Under the pieces are notes generated by a model. The model was not told the DNA's origin. It ran no database searches and saw only the letters and a list, made by a program, of their open reading frames with translations. Of a DNA stretch of 64,000 bases, positions 10,194-19,993 are shown piece after piece (within the stretch, counting starts at the first letter, position 1; the number at the start of each line of letters is the position of its first letter). The translations under genes were made by a program, and so were the position numbers. The stretch comes from Eubacteriales bacterium (GTDB taxonomy: Bacteria > Bacillota > Clostridia > Oscillospirales > CAG-382). Location: contig JAZQKV010000105.1 of NCBI GenBank assembly GCA_045542335.1, forward strand, positions 1,377 through 65,376. Reading direction: 5' to 3'.

Positions 10194-11648
10194 TTGTATA
10201 ATCAAACTTTCGGACAGTTTTTAAAAAGGGTACTTGACAAAAGGGATTTAAGCACACGCTCACTTGCGGGGATTATGGGGCTTAAGAGCAAAACGCAAAT
10301 AACACGTCTGCTCGACGACAGTTGTACAATGAAAACAATTGAGGCTTTTGCGGAAAAGCTTAAAATTTCGCTTGAGCTTTCAAAAAAAGAAATGTCGGAT
10401 ATGGAGGAGGCAATTCTCAACCATGGAACATCTCAGGCTCTCATAAAGTCAAGAGGTGTCCTTCAAACGCTTCTTACCGGCAAATACAGCGATGCTTCAA
10501 AAAAGATACAGTGCTTTTTGAAAAACGGTTGCGACGAAATTGATGAGCAATATAACCTCGGCGATGCCCTTGCAAGAATGATTGAGCAAAACAAAAACGC
10601 ACAAATTGAGATTTATATCCGCAACATAAATTCTATGGAGCTTGTTTGTGCGCTGACAAAAATTATTCACCGTCAACCCACGCCGAAGCTCACTGTTCAT
10701 CATTATTTCAGCGATGGCGAAAGCGTTGAGGACATTGGTATTTTGCTTTGCGGTCTTCTTAACCTTGCAACTTTTGAGGGGTACTATCCATACAGACTTC
10801 CCGAGGGAATGAGAACAGGCAGCGGACTTGTTGTTTTTGTAAATGGCGGCGAAAAAACAACGCTTATCAACGTTTTTGGCGAAAAGAATTTCTCCGAGAT
10901 AACAGACACGTTCCCGGAGAGTATGTATAAGCATATTAAAAAATCATATGAAAGACTAAGCTCAATAAGCGCACCTCTTAAAAACAGCTTTAGGAGCGAC
11001 CCTCTTGAAAAGCTTTCGGCATTTATTGAGGATCAGATTGAAAAGGATTGCGTGCCGAGCATCGAGCTTGCTTCAACGCTGTGTTTTATGATGGTTCCTT
11101 TTCACATCCAGGAAATACTTTATAAGGACTCAAATTATATGGGACTTGGAAAGGACCATCCTGTTGTCGGCAAAATGGTTGTTGCAATGAAAGAGCGTTC
11201 TGAAAACATTTTTTCGACCAAGAAAAACAAAAACCTCTCTCTCATTTGTACAAGAGAGGGACTTGAACGTTTCCTTGAAACAGGAAAGACCGACGATTGG
11301 TTCCCATTTTTCCGTCAACTTACGCCGGAAGAAAGAGAAGAAACCATTGCAAGTGTCAGACAGAATTTCGGCGGAAATATCCATGTTCTTGCAAAGGAAT
11401 ACAGCGTAAGAAATTTTGAGTGCATTGTTTTCCAGGGCCATGGAATACAGATTTGCGCCCCCGGGGCAGGTTATTGGAGCAATTTCAGCACCGTCGACAT
11501 AACCGATCGCCGCATGGAGCGTCTTTTGAAGGACTTTCTTGCCAATGATGTTATAAGGAATTGTTGCATCAGCGCAAGGGACATGAAAAAGCTTTGGCTT
11601 GATATTGACAGGAAAATTGCAAAAATAAAGGAAAATAGCAAGATATAA
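10194..11648 (+). CDS. Large hypothetical protein with N-terminal XRE-like HTH
   Basis: TTG start after a GGGAGG SD. TFGQFLKRVLDKRDLSTRSLAGIMGLKSKTQITRLL resembles a Cro/XRE HTH; the remaining ~420 aa are unrecognised. Confidence 0.6.
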   Translation: MYNQTFGQFLKRVLDKRDLSTRSLAGIMGLKSKTQITRLLDDSCTMKTIEAFAEKLKISLELSKKEMSDMEEAILNHGTSQALIKSRGVLQTLLTGKYSDASKKIQCFLKNGCDEIDEQYNLGDALARMIEQNKNAQIEIYIRNINSMELVCALTKIIHRQPTPKLTVHHYFSDGESVEDIGILLCGLLNLATFEGYYPYRLPEGMRTGSGLVVFVNGGEKTTLINVFGEKNFSEITDTFPESMYKHIKKSYERLSSISAPLKNSFRSDPLEKLSAFIEDQIEKDCVPSIELASTLCFMMVPFHIQEILYKDSNYMGLGKDHPVVGKMVVAMKERSENIFSTKKNKNLSLICTREGLERFLETGKTDDWFPFFRQLTPEEREETIASVRQNFGGNIHVLAKEYSVRNFECIVFQGHGIQICAPGAGYWSNFSTVDITDRRMERLLKDFLANDVIRNCCISARDMKKLWLDIDRKIAKIKENSKI

Positions 11649-11678
11649 CATTTAAAAAAGTAAAATGTGGCAAAATAT

Positions 11679-11713
11679 AACAGGGGGACAGGCGTGAAGT
11701 CTGTCCCTCTGTT
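11679..11713. terminator. Terminator between convergent genes
   Basis: AACAGGGGGACAGG-loop-TCTGTCCCTCTGTT stem. Confidence 0.65.
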
Positions 11714-11752
11714 GTTCATATGAAAATACTGTTTGTCGGGGAATGTGAAAGG

Positions 11753-13228
11753 TTATGCCTGTTTGCCGGATGCAATGCCCTCGTAGTTTGTGAGGAACGC
11801 CTCGGCGGTCTTTTCCATGACGACGGTTACACGGCTGTCCTTGAAAGCAAACACCATGTCAAGAGTGCCGAAGTATTTGTCAATGACTTGCACCTTGATG
11901 TGAAGCTTCTGAGGCTCAATCCACTCTGCCGAAGCTGCACAGTCATACTGATGTCCGGGAACACCAAACGTTGCCACAAGATCCGAATAACCTTTTTCGG
12001 GGAATTTTGAAAATTCATTTTTGCCAAGACCGAACGCAAGCTCCATGTCACCGTTTGCGTTGGTGTAATTAAGCACGCCGTAATCACCGTTGAAGCTTAT
12101 GCGGAAATTCTTCAGACCCATGGAGTTGCCGTTCATGACATATGTCACGCCGTCAATGTTCTTTGCAAAATCGCTTGTCAGTTTGCCGTCAGCAAAAACA
12201 AGCTTGCGGTTGCTCTCATAAGCGCAAAGCTCATCATAAGCCGCCTTGTTTTCGGGGAGAGGGGTGTCGGAGAGCTTCTCAATTATGTTTTCATAAAGCT
12301 CGTAATAAAGGACAAAGCGTGTCATGGGGGAGTTGCCCTGATTGTCGGAATTTATAACAAAAAGGAAATCTGTAATGGGGTCGTAAATTGCAAACTGGTC
12401 ACCCATTCCAACAAAGGCAAAACCGTCCCGGGGAGCTTTCCAGATCTGATAACCGTAACCGAAACTGCCATAGGTGTAGTGATCGCCAATGTCATTTGCA
12501 ACCTGCTTTGAGGTTGCCTCGGTGAGGAATCTTTCGTCCATATAACGCTTGCCTTCCCATGTGCCCTTGTTGGCAACAAAGCGAGCCATGGTGAGAAGGT
12601 CACGGGAGGTGCACATGATGCCCGAATCGCCGAACGAATGACCGCCCGGGCACTTTATGCAGTATGCATCCTCACTAAAGCCGCAGTCACGCAAAAATCT
12701 GTCCTTGAGAAATTCAAGAAAAGGCTTGCCGCAAATGCGCTCAACAATGGCGCACAGCTGATAGGACACAGGGCTGTCATACTGGAAAAACGTTCCGGGA
12801 ATTTTGTCGGCGGGATTTCTGAAATAAACCTCGGTTCTGTCCTCGGTTCCGCTTGAAAACCAGTTCACGCCACTACGCTTGCAGGTTGACATCGTGAGTG
12901 CATCACGAATGGTCATTTCATAAAGCCATTCGTTGTCATTTTCGTTTTTATATTCGGGAAGATAGTCAATAAATTTGTCATCAAGGCTCATTTTGCCGTC
13001 CTCAACGAGAAGTCCGACAGCAATTGCAACAAAGCTCTTTGAAATGGAATACATTCTGTGCTTGAAGTCCTTGTTGAAAGGCGCATAATAGGTTTCGCAG
13101 AAAATGTTGTTGCCTCTTGCCATGATGATGCTGTGTGTGCTCATCTTGTATTTTTCAAGCATTTTGATAAAGCCGAGAACCGCCTCGGATGATATACCCG
13201 CTTTTTCGGGAGAAATTCTTTCAAACAT
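11753..13228 (-). CDS. Serine hydrolase, beta-lactamase/class C-like (NylB/EstB-like), paralog 2
   Basis: SxxK (YSISKS), YDS in place of YxN, FAFVGMGDQ. No signal peptide; extra C-terminal domain. Confidence 0.8.
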   Translation of the reverse strand: MFERISPEKAGISSEAVLGFIKMLEKYKMSTHSIIMARGNNIFCETYYAPFNKDFKHRMYSISKSFVAIAVGLLVEDGKMSLDDKFIDYLPEYKNENDNEWLYEMTIRDALTMSTCKRSGVNWFSSGTEDRTEVYFRNPADKIPGTFFQYDSPVSYQLCAIVERICGKPFLEFLKDRFLRDCGFSEDAYCIKCPGGHSFGDSGIMCTSRDLLTMARFVANKGTWEGKRYMDERFLTEATSKQVANDIGDHYTYGSFGYGYQIWKAPRDGFAFVGMGDQFAIYDPITDFLFVINSDNQGNSPMTRFVLYYELYENIIEKLSDTPLPENKAAYDELCAYESNRKLVFADGKLTSDFAKNIDGVTYVMNGNSMGLKNFRISFNGDYGVLNYTNANGDMELAFGLGKNEFSKFPEKGYSDLVATFGVPGHQYDCAASAEWIEPQKLHIKVQVIDKYFGTLDMVFAFKDSRVTVVMEKTAEAFLTNYEGIASGKQA

Positions 13229-13254
13229 TGTCTTTATACCTCCGCTTTCGGTTT

Positions 13255-14733
13255 TCACGCTTTTTTGCCTGTGGCAAAGCCGTAGTATTCGTTAAGGAAC
13301 GCTTCGGCGCACTTTTCCATTTGTACGCAAACACGTTCATCCTTGAAGGAGAAAGCCATGTTGAGTGTTCCGAAATACTTGTCAATAACCTGAACCTTTA
13401 AATGAAGCTTTTTAGCTTCAAGCCATTCTGCCGATACTGCACAATCATATTTATGCCCCGGCACACCAACTGTTCCCACCATATCCGAATAGCCTTCCTC
13501 CGGGAACTTTCCGAAAACATTCTTTCCAAGACCAAAGCCAAGCTCCTTGTAGCCTTGCTTGTTTGTGTAGCAAAGAACGCCCTCGCTGCCGTCTTTTGAA
13601 AACTTGAAGGTAAACTCGGAAATGCCCATGCGGTTGTCGGAAAGCTGATAAGTAACGCCGTCAATTTCCTTTGCAAACTCGCTTGTTGTTTCGCCTCTTG
13701 CAAAGTTTAGAACACGGGTGTTTTCAAGCTCTTTAAGCTCGGCATAGGCGGCTTCATCTTCGGGAAGAGGAGTGTCAGAAAGTTTCTCAACAATGATTTC
13801 ATAAAGTGCATGATAGAGGACATATTGGGAAATGGAACTGCCTTGGTTGTCGGAATTTATAACAAAAAGGAAATCTGTCATGGGGTCATAAATTGCAAAC
13901 TGGTCGCCCATTCCGATAAATGCAAAGCCGTCTCTGGGAGCTTTCCACACCTGATAGCCGTAGCCGAGGCAATCAAAGCGGTTGTATGCCCTGTTTGAGT
14001 TTGAGGCAAGATTTGAGCAGGCTTCTTCAAGATACTCTGCGTTCATGTAACGCTTGCCGTTCCAGGTACCCTTGTTGGCGACAAAGCGTGCGAAGGTTAA
14101 AAGGTCCCGGGAGGTACACATAACCGCAGAATCTCCCCACGCTCTTCCGCCAACAGCTTGCAGGCAATAGGAATCCTTGCAGAATCCGCAATCCACAAGG
14201 AATCTTTCCTTGAGGACTTCGATGAAAGTTTTTCCTGTGAGCTTTTCAACAATAACACCAAGCATATATGAGCCGGGGCTGTCGTATCTCCAGATTGTGC
14301 CGGGAATTTTGTCGGCAGGTTCTCTGAAATAAACCTCGCTTCTGTCGCTTGTTCCACAGGTGAACCAGTTTGTGCCGGCGGTTTTGCAGGAACACATTCT
14401 GAGGGAGTCACGAATGGTCATTTCACGAAGAAGATCGTTTTCCTTGTCATTTTTATATTCAGGGAAAAAGTCAACAAGCTTGTCGTCAAGGCTGAGCTTG
14501 CCGTCCTCAATCATAAGACCGATTGCAACCGAAACAAAGCTCTTTGACACGGAATACATTCTGTGCTTGAAATCCTTGTTAAAGGGCGCAAAATATGTCT
14601 CGGAGAAAATGTTGTCCCCCCTTGACATGATTATGCTGTGTACATTGAGCTTGTATTTTTCAAGGGTTTTGATGAATTTTACAACTGCCCTTGATGAAAT
14701 TCCCGCTTTTTCGGGAGAAATCCTTTCAAACAT
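13255..14733 (-). CDS. Serine hydrolase, beta-lactamase/class C-like, paralog 1
   Basis: SxxK (YSVSKS), WRYDSPGSY, FAFIGMGDQ. Same N-terminus (MFERISPEKAGISS) as the neighbouring paralog. Confidence 0.8.
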   Translation of the reverse strand: MFERISPEKAGISSRAVVKFIKTLEKYKLNVHSIIMSRGDNIFSETYFAPFNKDFKHRMYSVSKSFVSVAIGLMIEDGKLSLDDKLVDFFPEYKNDKENDLLREMTIRDSLRMCSCKTAGTNWFTCGTSDRSEVYFREPADKIPGTIWRYDSPGSYMLGVIVEKLTGKTFIEVLKERFLVDCGFCKDSYCLQAVGGRAWGDSAVMCTSRDLLTFARFVANKGTWNGKRYMNAEYLEEACSNLASNSNRAYNRFDCLGYGYQVWKAPRDGFAFIGMGDQFAIYDPMTDFLFVINSDNQGSSISQYVLYHALYEIIVEKLSDTPLPEDEAAYAELKELENTRVLNFARGETTSEFAKEIDGVTYQLSDNRMGISEFTFKFSKDGSEGVLCYTNKQGYKELGFGLGKNVFGKFPEEGYSDMVGTVGVPGHKYDCAVSAEWLEAKKLHLKVQVIDKYFGTLNMAFSFKDERVCVQMEKCAEAFLNEYYGFATGKKA

Positions 14734-14947
14734 GTTTTTGTACCTCCGGATGATTTATAAAAGTGAGCCGTAATGCGGAAAAATACCGCCGATTCACGAA
14801 TTTAACTGCAATATAGCACACGTTTTCCGCAATGCCACTTTGAAAATGCGGCAATAAGTTATTATGTCAAAAACAGCACTGAAATTGCTGCTTTGGTGGG
14901 TGTTATCTGTCTTGCTTCACAGCATTAAAAAGATGCGTGAATAAGAA

Positions 14948-15592
14948 TCAGTCTGCGCTTTCAATAACAACCGCCTCGCCTGCGCCAACGGAAATAACAG
15001 CTTTTTCGCCGACAATTTCGTTTGAAACGGTGATTGCGTCATCTCTGCAAACCTCGGCATTTTCAAGCGGATATTTAACGCCACTCATACAAACTCCCGA
15101 AAGCTTTTCGGAAACGGGGATGAGCGAAAGATATTTGAAGCCTCTGCGCTTAAGCACTTCAACACTTGAATTTTTAATGTATGTGGCATGGTTTTTTCCG
15201 TCAACAATTTCAAGGTCAACGCCTTTTTTTGCGGCATATGCAAGGAGGTTTATGTTGGCAAGTGTGTGGTCAAGACGGCCTCCGAGACCGCCGATAATCA
15301 CAATGTCATCAAAGCCTTCGTCAATGGCATAGTCAAGACATTCCTTTGTGTCGGTGTAGTCCTTTTCAACAGGGAGAAGAATATATTTTGCCGACGGAAA
15401 CATTGCCTTTGCCTTTTCAATATCAAGGGAATCCATGTCGCCGATAACAACGTGAGGGCAAAGACCGTAGCCACGAAGTCTTTCGCAGCCTGAATCCGCC
15501 GCAATCAGAAAATCATCGGGATTGGGAACAAAGCCGAGGGTTGATGTGGAGAACGAATCGCCCCACGCATATATGTAACACTTTTTTGACAA
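14948..15592 (-). CDS. thiN: Thiamine diphosphokinase
   Basis: IAADSG, IGDMDS, EKDYTDT, GGLGGRLDHTLAN, VSNEI. Confidence 0.92.
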   Translation of the reverse strand: MSKKCYIYAWGDSFSTSTLGFVPNPDDFLIAADSGCERLRGYGLCPHVVIGDMDSLDIEKAKAMFPSAKYILLPVEKDYTDTKECLDYAIDEGFDDIVIIGGLGGRLDHTLANINLLAYAAKKGVDLEIVDGKNHATYIKNSSVEVLKRRGFKYLSLIPVSEKLSGVCMSGVKYPLENAEVCRDDAITVSNEIVGEKAVISVGAGEAVVIESAD

Positions 15593-15641
15593 TCCTTACA
15601 CATCCTTTCACAGGGAATATAATACTTCATTTCGCACAACA

Positions 15642-16592
15642 TCAGTTGTCCCAGGGATTCACGCTGTCAAGCTCCTCTTTAAGCTTGCAAAAGCTTTCAT
15701 GGCGTGTTGCGGCAATTTCGCCACGGGAAAGAGCCAATGCAACAGAGCAATCCTCTTTTCCCTCTTTTGTGTGGGAGCAATCACGATAACGACAGTTGTG
15801 CGAATGTTTTTCAATGTCGGGAAAAGCCGCAAGCAACTCGTCTTTTTCAATGAGCTTCATGGAAACAGCTTCAAGCATACTGAAGCCGGGGGTGTCTGCG
15901 ATGCAACAATCATTGTCCAACACAAAAAGCTCGGTTGCACGGGTTGTGTGTTTTCCCCTTGCGGTCTTTTTGCTAAGTACACCTGTTTCGGGAGAAAAAT
16001 CCGGGAAAAGATGGCCGATAATACTGCTCTTTCCAACACCTGATGCACCCGAAAAGAAGCTTACACCGCTTTTCATTATACTTTTTATCTCGCTGAATTG
16101 GTTTTCATATTCGCCTGACTTTTCGCTGTTTGCACTGACACAAAACACCTTGAAGCCGGATTTCCGATATATTTCTGCAAGCTCGTTCGGCTCACATATA
16201 TCGCATTTATTGAAGATGAAAAAAACTTCAATTCCGCTTTTTGTTGCAATTGCACTTTGCTTGTCAAGGGTGTAAATATCTGCCTTGGGGTTTTCTGCGC
16301 ACGCAACGATAAAAAGTCTGTCAACATTTGCGCAAGCCGGACGTATCAGGCTGTTTTTCCTCTCATGAATACGCACGATAACGCCGTTTGTGTCGCCTGT
16401 CGCAGGGAGTGTGCAATCCACGATGTCGCCGGGCAGGGGAGAGAGTTTTTCTTTGCGGAAAATCCCCTTTGCATTCATCGGGAAAACACCTGCATCGGTC
16501 TTTACCGTGTAAAGTCCGCCGACACCCTTGAGGATTCGTCCGACAACTGTATTTTCACTTACTTCATCGGTAAAACCGATTGTTTTTGTCAT
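15642..16592 (-). CDS. rsgA: Ribosome small subunit-dependent GTPase A
   Basis: NKCD, GASGVGKSS, GKHTTR, DTPGFS and the CRYRDCSHTKE...C Zn finger. Confidence 0.95.
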   Translation of the reverse strand: MTKTIGFTDEVSENTVVGRILKGVGGLYTVKTDAGVFPMNAKGIFRKEKLSPLPGDIVDCTLPATGDTNGVIVRIHERKNSLIRPACANVDRLFIVACAENPKADIYTLDKQSAIATKSGIEVFFIFNKCDICEPNELAEIYRKSGFKVFCVSANSEKSGEYENQFSEIKSIMKSGVSFFSGASGVGKSSIIGHLFPDFSPETGVLSKKTARGKHTTRATELFVLDNDCCIADTPGFSMLEAVSMKLIEKDELLAAFPDIEKHSHNCRYRDCSHTKEGKEDCSVALALSRGEIAATRHESFCKLKEELDSVNPWDN

Positions 16593-18994
16593 TATTCTAC
16601 CTCAACTTCGGGAGAAATTGCGGAAATGTCCGCAGAAACCGCACCAATTGTTTCGGAAACAGTCACATCATTTGTTGCCTGTGTTGCTTCGGGTTGCTTT
16701 GTGGTAACGGTGTTTCCGGGGGCTTGCGGCTGTTCTGCACCGGGAGCTTGTGTGCCCTGTTCATTGTCAGCTTCGGTTGTGTCGCTGTTGTCGTCGGTTT
16801 CGCCGTCGTTGCCGTTTTCTTCATCCTCGTCTTTGGCACTCTTTCCAAGGCTCACATAGATTGTGATTTTCTCTGATGAATCCTCTATGCTTGTTCCCTC
16901 GGGGATGCTTGTGGAGATGACGTTTCCGGCGGGGATTTCGTCGTCTTCAACCTCAATCTTTTCAAGCTGATAAAGTCCGAGAGCATAAAGCTTTGTTTCG
17001 GCAGAGTCATAGGGGGTGTTGACAAGATTTGGCATAAGAGTTTCGCCAAGGCTTATTGTGATGTCAACGCAAACAGTTTCTTCTGTTATGAATTTACCCG
17101 GCTCAACACTTGTTTCGGCAACTGTGTCTTCGGGATATTTGCTTGGAGCATAGGTGTAGCTTCCGACGGTGATGCCCTGTTCTTCGAGTATGTCAAAGGC
17201 TTCCTCAAAGTTTTTGCCGAGAATGTTAGGCATAATAATGGGACCTTTGCTCACATAAATGTCAATTGATGTTGTTCTCGGGAAAACATCTTCTCCAACG
17301 GGAACGGAGGTGTCGGTTACGGTTCCTTCCTTTGCCTCGGAGGGAACGAGCTTTCTTTCGCCGATGGCAAAGCCAAGGCTTATAAGCTCTCTTTCTGCCT
17401 GTTCATAGGTTTTTCCTGTGACGTTTGGCATTGCAATGGGCTTGACATCCTGTCCCTTGCTCACAAAAAGAGTTATCGAATCGCCTCTTACAAGCTTTGT
17501 GCCGTCTTTTGGCTCGGTGCGTATGATGTAACCCTCGATAATGGTGTCATGGAATTCCTGAGCGACCTCCACTTCAAGTCCGAGAGCTTCAAGCTCAAGT
17601 CTTGCATCTTCAAGGTTTACAACCGAATAATCCTTGAGCGAAACATCGTCGTCGCCCTTGTTAACGTATATGACAAGATCAATACCCGAGGGTGTCATAA
17701 TCTTTCTTGAAAGCTTTTCGGGATATTGATTCATAATCTCATTTTTTTCTGCCATGCGGTTGTAGGTGTATTCAATCTTCACCTTGTAGTTTTGTTCGGC
17801 AAGCTTTGCCTCAAATTCCTTGGTGTAAATCTCGCCCACAACATTTGGGATAATAACTTCGTTTTTGTCAGAATTGCTGCTTGAAAGAACGTCAAGAACA
17901 ATTCTTCCAACGCAAACAAAAACAACAATAAGAAACGCAAAGGTAACGCCTGCAACAATGGGAAGCATTGAGGTTGTACGGCGTCTTTTTTTAGCCTTTT
18001 TCTTTTGCTTTGCAAGAGAATTTGTTCCTGTTCCTGCTTTTACAGGCACGCGCTCGCCGCCGGTTGAGGTTTTAGACGAAGCACCGCCGGAAACAATGTC
18101 GGCGTGTTCATCTCTTGGCTTCTGACGCTCGGTGAAGCGTATTGTGGGATTTGCCACAAGATACTCAATTGCACGCTGCATTGAGTTTGCAGAGCCAAAT
18201 CTGTCGGCAGGATTCTTCTTCATGGCTTTGAGGATAATCTGTTCAAGACCGTATGGCACGTTTGCAGGATCCTTTGCCGCCGCAGACGGTGCAACAGGCT
18301 CGTCCTGAACGTGCATCATTGCAACCGAAACAGAGCTTTCCGCAGTGAAGGGAAGCTTTCCTGAAACCATTTCATAAAGCATAACGCCGGTTGAATAAAT
18401 GTCGGAATGAAAATCAACGATTCTGCCGCTTGCCTGCTCGGGACTGATATAATTGACCGTTCCGATTGCCTTGTCGGTTGCGGTGAGAGAGGGAGCGTTT
18501 GAAATCTTTGCGATGCCGAAGTCTGTAACTTTTATTGTGCCGTCACGAAGAAGCATGATGTTCTGCGGCTTTATGTCACGGTGGACAACGCCCTTTCCGT
18601 GAGCATGATGAAGTGCAGAAAGAATCTGCGCTGTGTAGTGGCAAGCTTCTGTCCATTCAAGAGAACCCTTTTTGTCAAGGTAATCCTTGAGTGTTATTCC
18701 GTCAATAAACTCCATTATGATAAACTTCTGCTTTGAGCTTGCAGGTGACACGTCATATATCGCCACAATGTTTGTGTGAGAAAGCATTGCAATGGCTTTT
18801 GACTCGGTGAAAAAGCGTTTTACGGCAACTTCATCGTTGTTATTCTCATCGTTTAATATTTTAACGGCAACGGTTCTGTTCATGGAAATATCGGTTGCCT
18901 TATAGACCACCGCCATTCCGCCCTTGCCCACAAGCTCTGTGAGTCTGTAACGGTTTTCAAGCACCGTTCCTATATACTGTTCATATCTGTCCAT
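16592..18994 (-). CDS. prkC: PASTA-domain Ser/Thr kinase (PrkC/Stk1/PknB)
   Basis: GKGGMAVVY, HRDIKPQN, TDFGIA, GTVNYISPEQA, one TM helix, about five PASTA repeats and an acidic tail. Confidence 0.93.
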   Translation of the reverse strand: MDRYEQYIGTVLENRYRLTELVGKGGMAVVYKATDISMNRTVAVKILNDENNNDEVAVKRFFTESKAIAMLSHTNIVAIYDVSPASSKQKFIIMEFIDGITLKDYLDKKGSLEWTEACHYTAQILSALHHAHGKGVVHRDIKPQNIMLLRDGTIKVTDFGIAKISNAPSLTATDKAIGTVNYISPEQASGRIVDFHSDIYSTGVMLYEMVSGKLPFTAESSVSVAMMHVQDEPVAPSAAAKDPANVPYGLEQIILKAMKKNPADRFGSANSMQRAIEYLVANPTIRFTERQKPRDEHADIVSGGASSKTSTGGERVPVKAGTGTNSLAKQKKKAKKRRRTTSMLPIVAGVTFAFLIVVFVCVGRIVLDVLSSSNSDKNEVIIPNVVGEIYTKEFEAKLAEQNYKVKIEYTYNRMAEKNEIMNQYPEKLSRKIMTPSGIDLVIYVNKGDDDVSLKDYSVVNLEDARLELEALGLEVEVAQEFHDTIIEGYIIRTEPKDGTKLVRGDSITLFVSKGQDVKPIAMPNVTGKTYEQAERELISLGFAIGERKLVPSEAKEGTVTDTSVPVGEDVFPRTTSIDIYVSKGPIIMPNILGKNFEEAFDILEEQGITVGSYTYAPSKYPEDTVAETSVEPGKFITEETVCVDITISLGETLMPNLVNTPYDSAETKLYALGLYQLEKIEVEDDEIPAGNVISTSIPEGTSIEDSSEKITIYVSLGKSAKDEDEENGNDGETDDNSDTTEADNEQGTQAPGAEQPQAPGNTVTTKQPEATQATNDVTVSETIGAVSADISAISPEVEVE

Positions 18995-19104
18995 CTGTTC
19001 CGTCCTCTTTTGAAGTTGGTTTTTGGGTTTGTATATTATAATGAAAAGTATGCGAGAAATATGTATGCACCACTCACGGTGCTGTATTTATACGAAAGAC
19101 AAGC

Positions 19105-19869
19105 TCACAGCTTGACAAGCACCGCCGTGATATTGTCTGTGCCACCGGCAACATTTGCACGGTGAACAAGCTCGGAGGTGATTGAAGTTATACCGCCGGG
19201 GGCGGAAATAATACGAAGCATCTCGTGCTCATCAAGCATATTTGAAAGACCGTCGCTGCAAAGAAGAAGCATATCCGCTTCATCAGAAATGACGAAGTGA
19301 TCTGCAATAACCTCGTTGTCAATTCCAACAGCACGGGTGATAATGTTTTTGTCGGGATGATTTTGGGCCTGTTCGGGAGTTATACTTCCGCTTTCCACAA
19401 GTGACTGAACATATGAATGGTCAACCGTGATAAGCTTTATTTCATCGTCCTTTGCGGCATAAAGCCTGCTGTCGCCGATGTTGACAATGTAAATATCCTT
19501 TTTGACTTTCAAAGCCGCAACGAGGGTTGTTCCCATGCCGAAAAGCTCGGGGTCTTTCTTTGAACGTGCAAAGACCTTTGAGTTGGCATACTGAACAGCT
19601 TCGTCCAACACCTCGGAAAACTTTATTTCCGAAAGCTTTGAAGCGCTTTTGGCAATACCCGTGAGCCTTGCTTCAAGCCTTGAAACAAAGGATTTTACCG
19701 CAAGCTCCGAGGCAATCTGACCGCCTGCTGCTCCACCCATTCCATCGCACACCACAGCAACAAATGCGTTTCCGCACAGCTTTCCAAGCGGCGGCAGGAA
19801 ATCGGCATACATACTGTCCTGGTTATTCTTGCGAACCTTTCCCGTGTCGGTTCTGGCACAAAAATTCAT
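19105..19869 (-). CDS. prpC: PP2C-family Ser/Thr phosphatase (PrpC/Stp1)
   Basis: RKNNQD, VCDGMGG, NIGDSR, DHSYV, LLCSDGL, GGTDNIT. Confidence 0.93.
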   Translation of the reverse strand: MNFCARTDTGKVRKNNQDSMYADFLPPLGKLCGNAFVAVVCDGMGGAAGGQIASELAVKSFVSRLEARLTGIAKSASKLSEIKFSEVLDEAVQYANSKVFARSKKDPELFGMGTTLVAALKVKKDIYIVNIGDSRLYAAKDDEIKLITVDHSYVQSLVESGSITPEQAQNHPDKNIITRAVGIDNEVIADHFVISDEADMLLLCSDGLSNMLDEHEMLRIISAPGGITSITSELVHRANVAGGTDNITAVLVKL

Positions 19870-19993
19870 GATTTACAAAACACCTCCTCCTGAGAAAATG
19901 TCGGTGTAACGAGCGAGTCTGTGACCCGCACATTTTAATATAATTCTTATATTATTCTATGCTTATTTTCGTTTTTTGTCTGCAAAATGGGGA

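Noticed and set aside
11753-14733. Beta-lactam resistance genes
   Set aside because: No signal peptides, YDS instead of YxN and no KTG motif; better explained as cytoplasmic esterase/amidase-type hydrolases.
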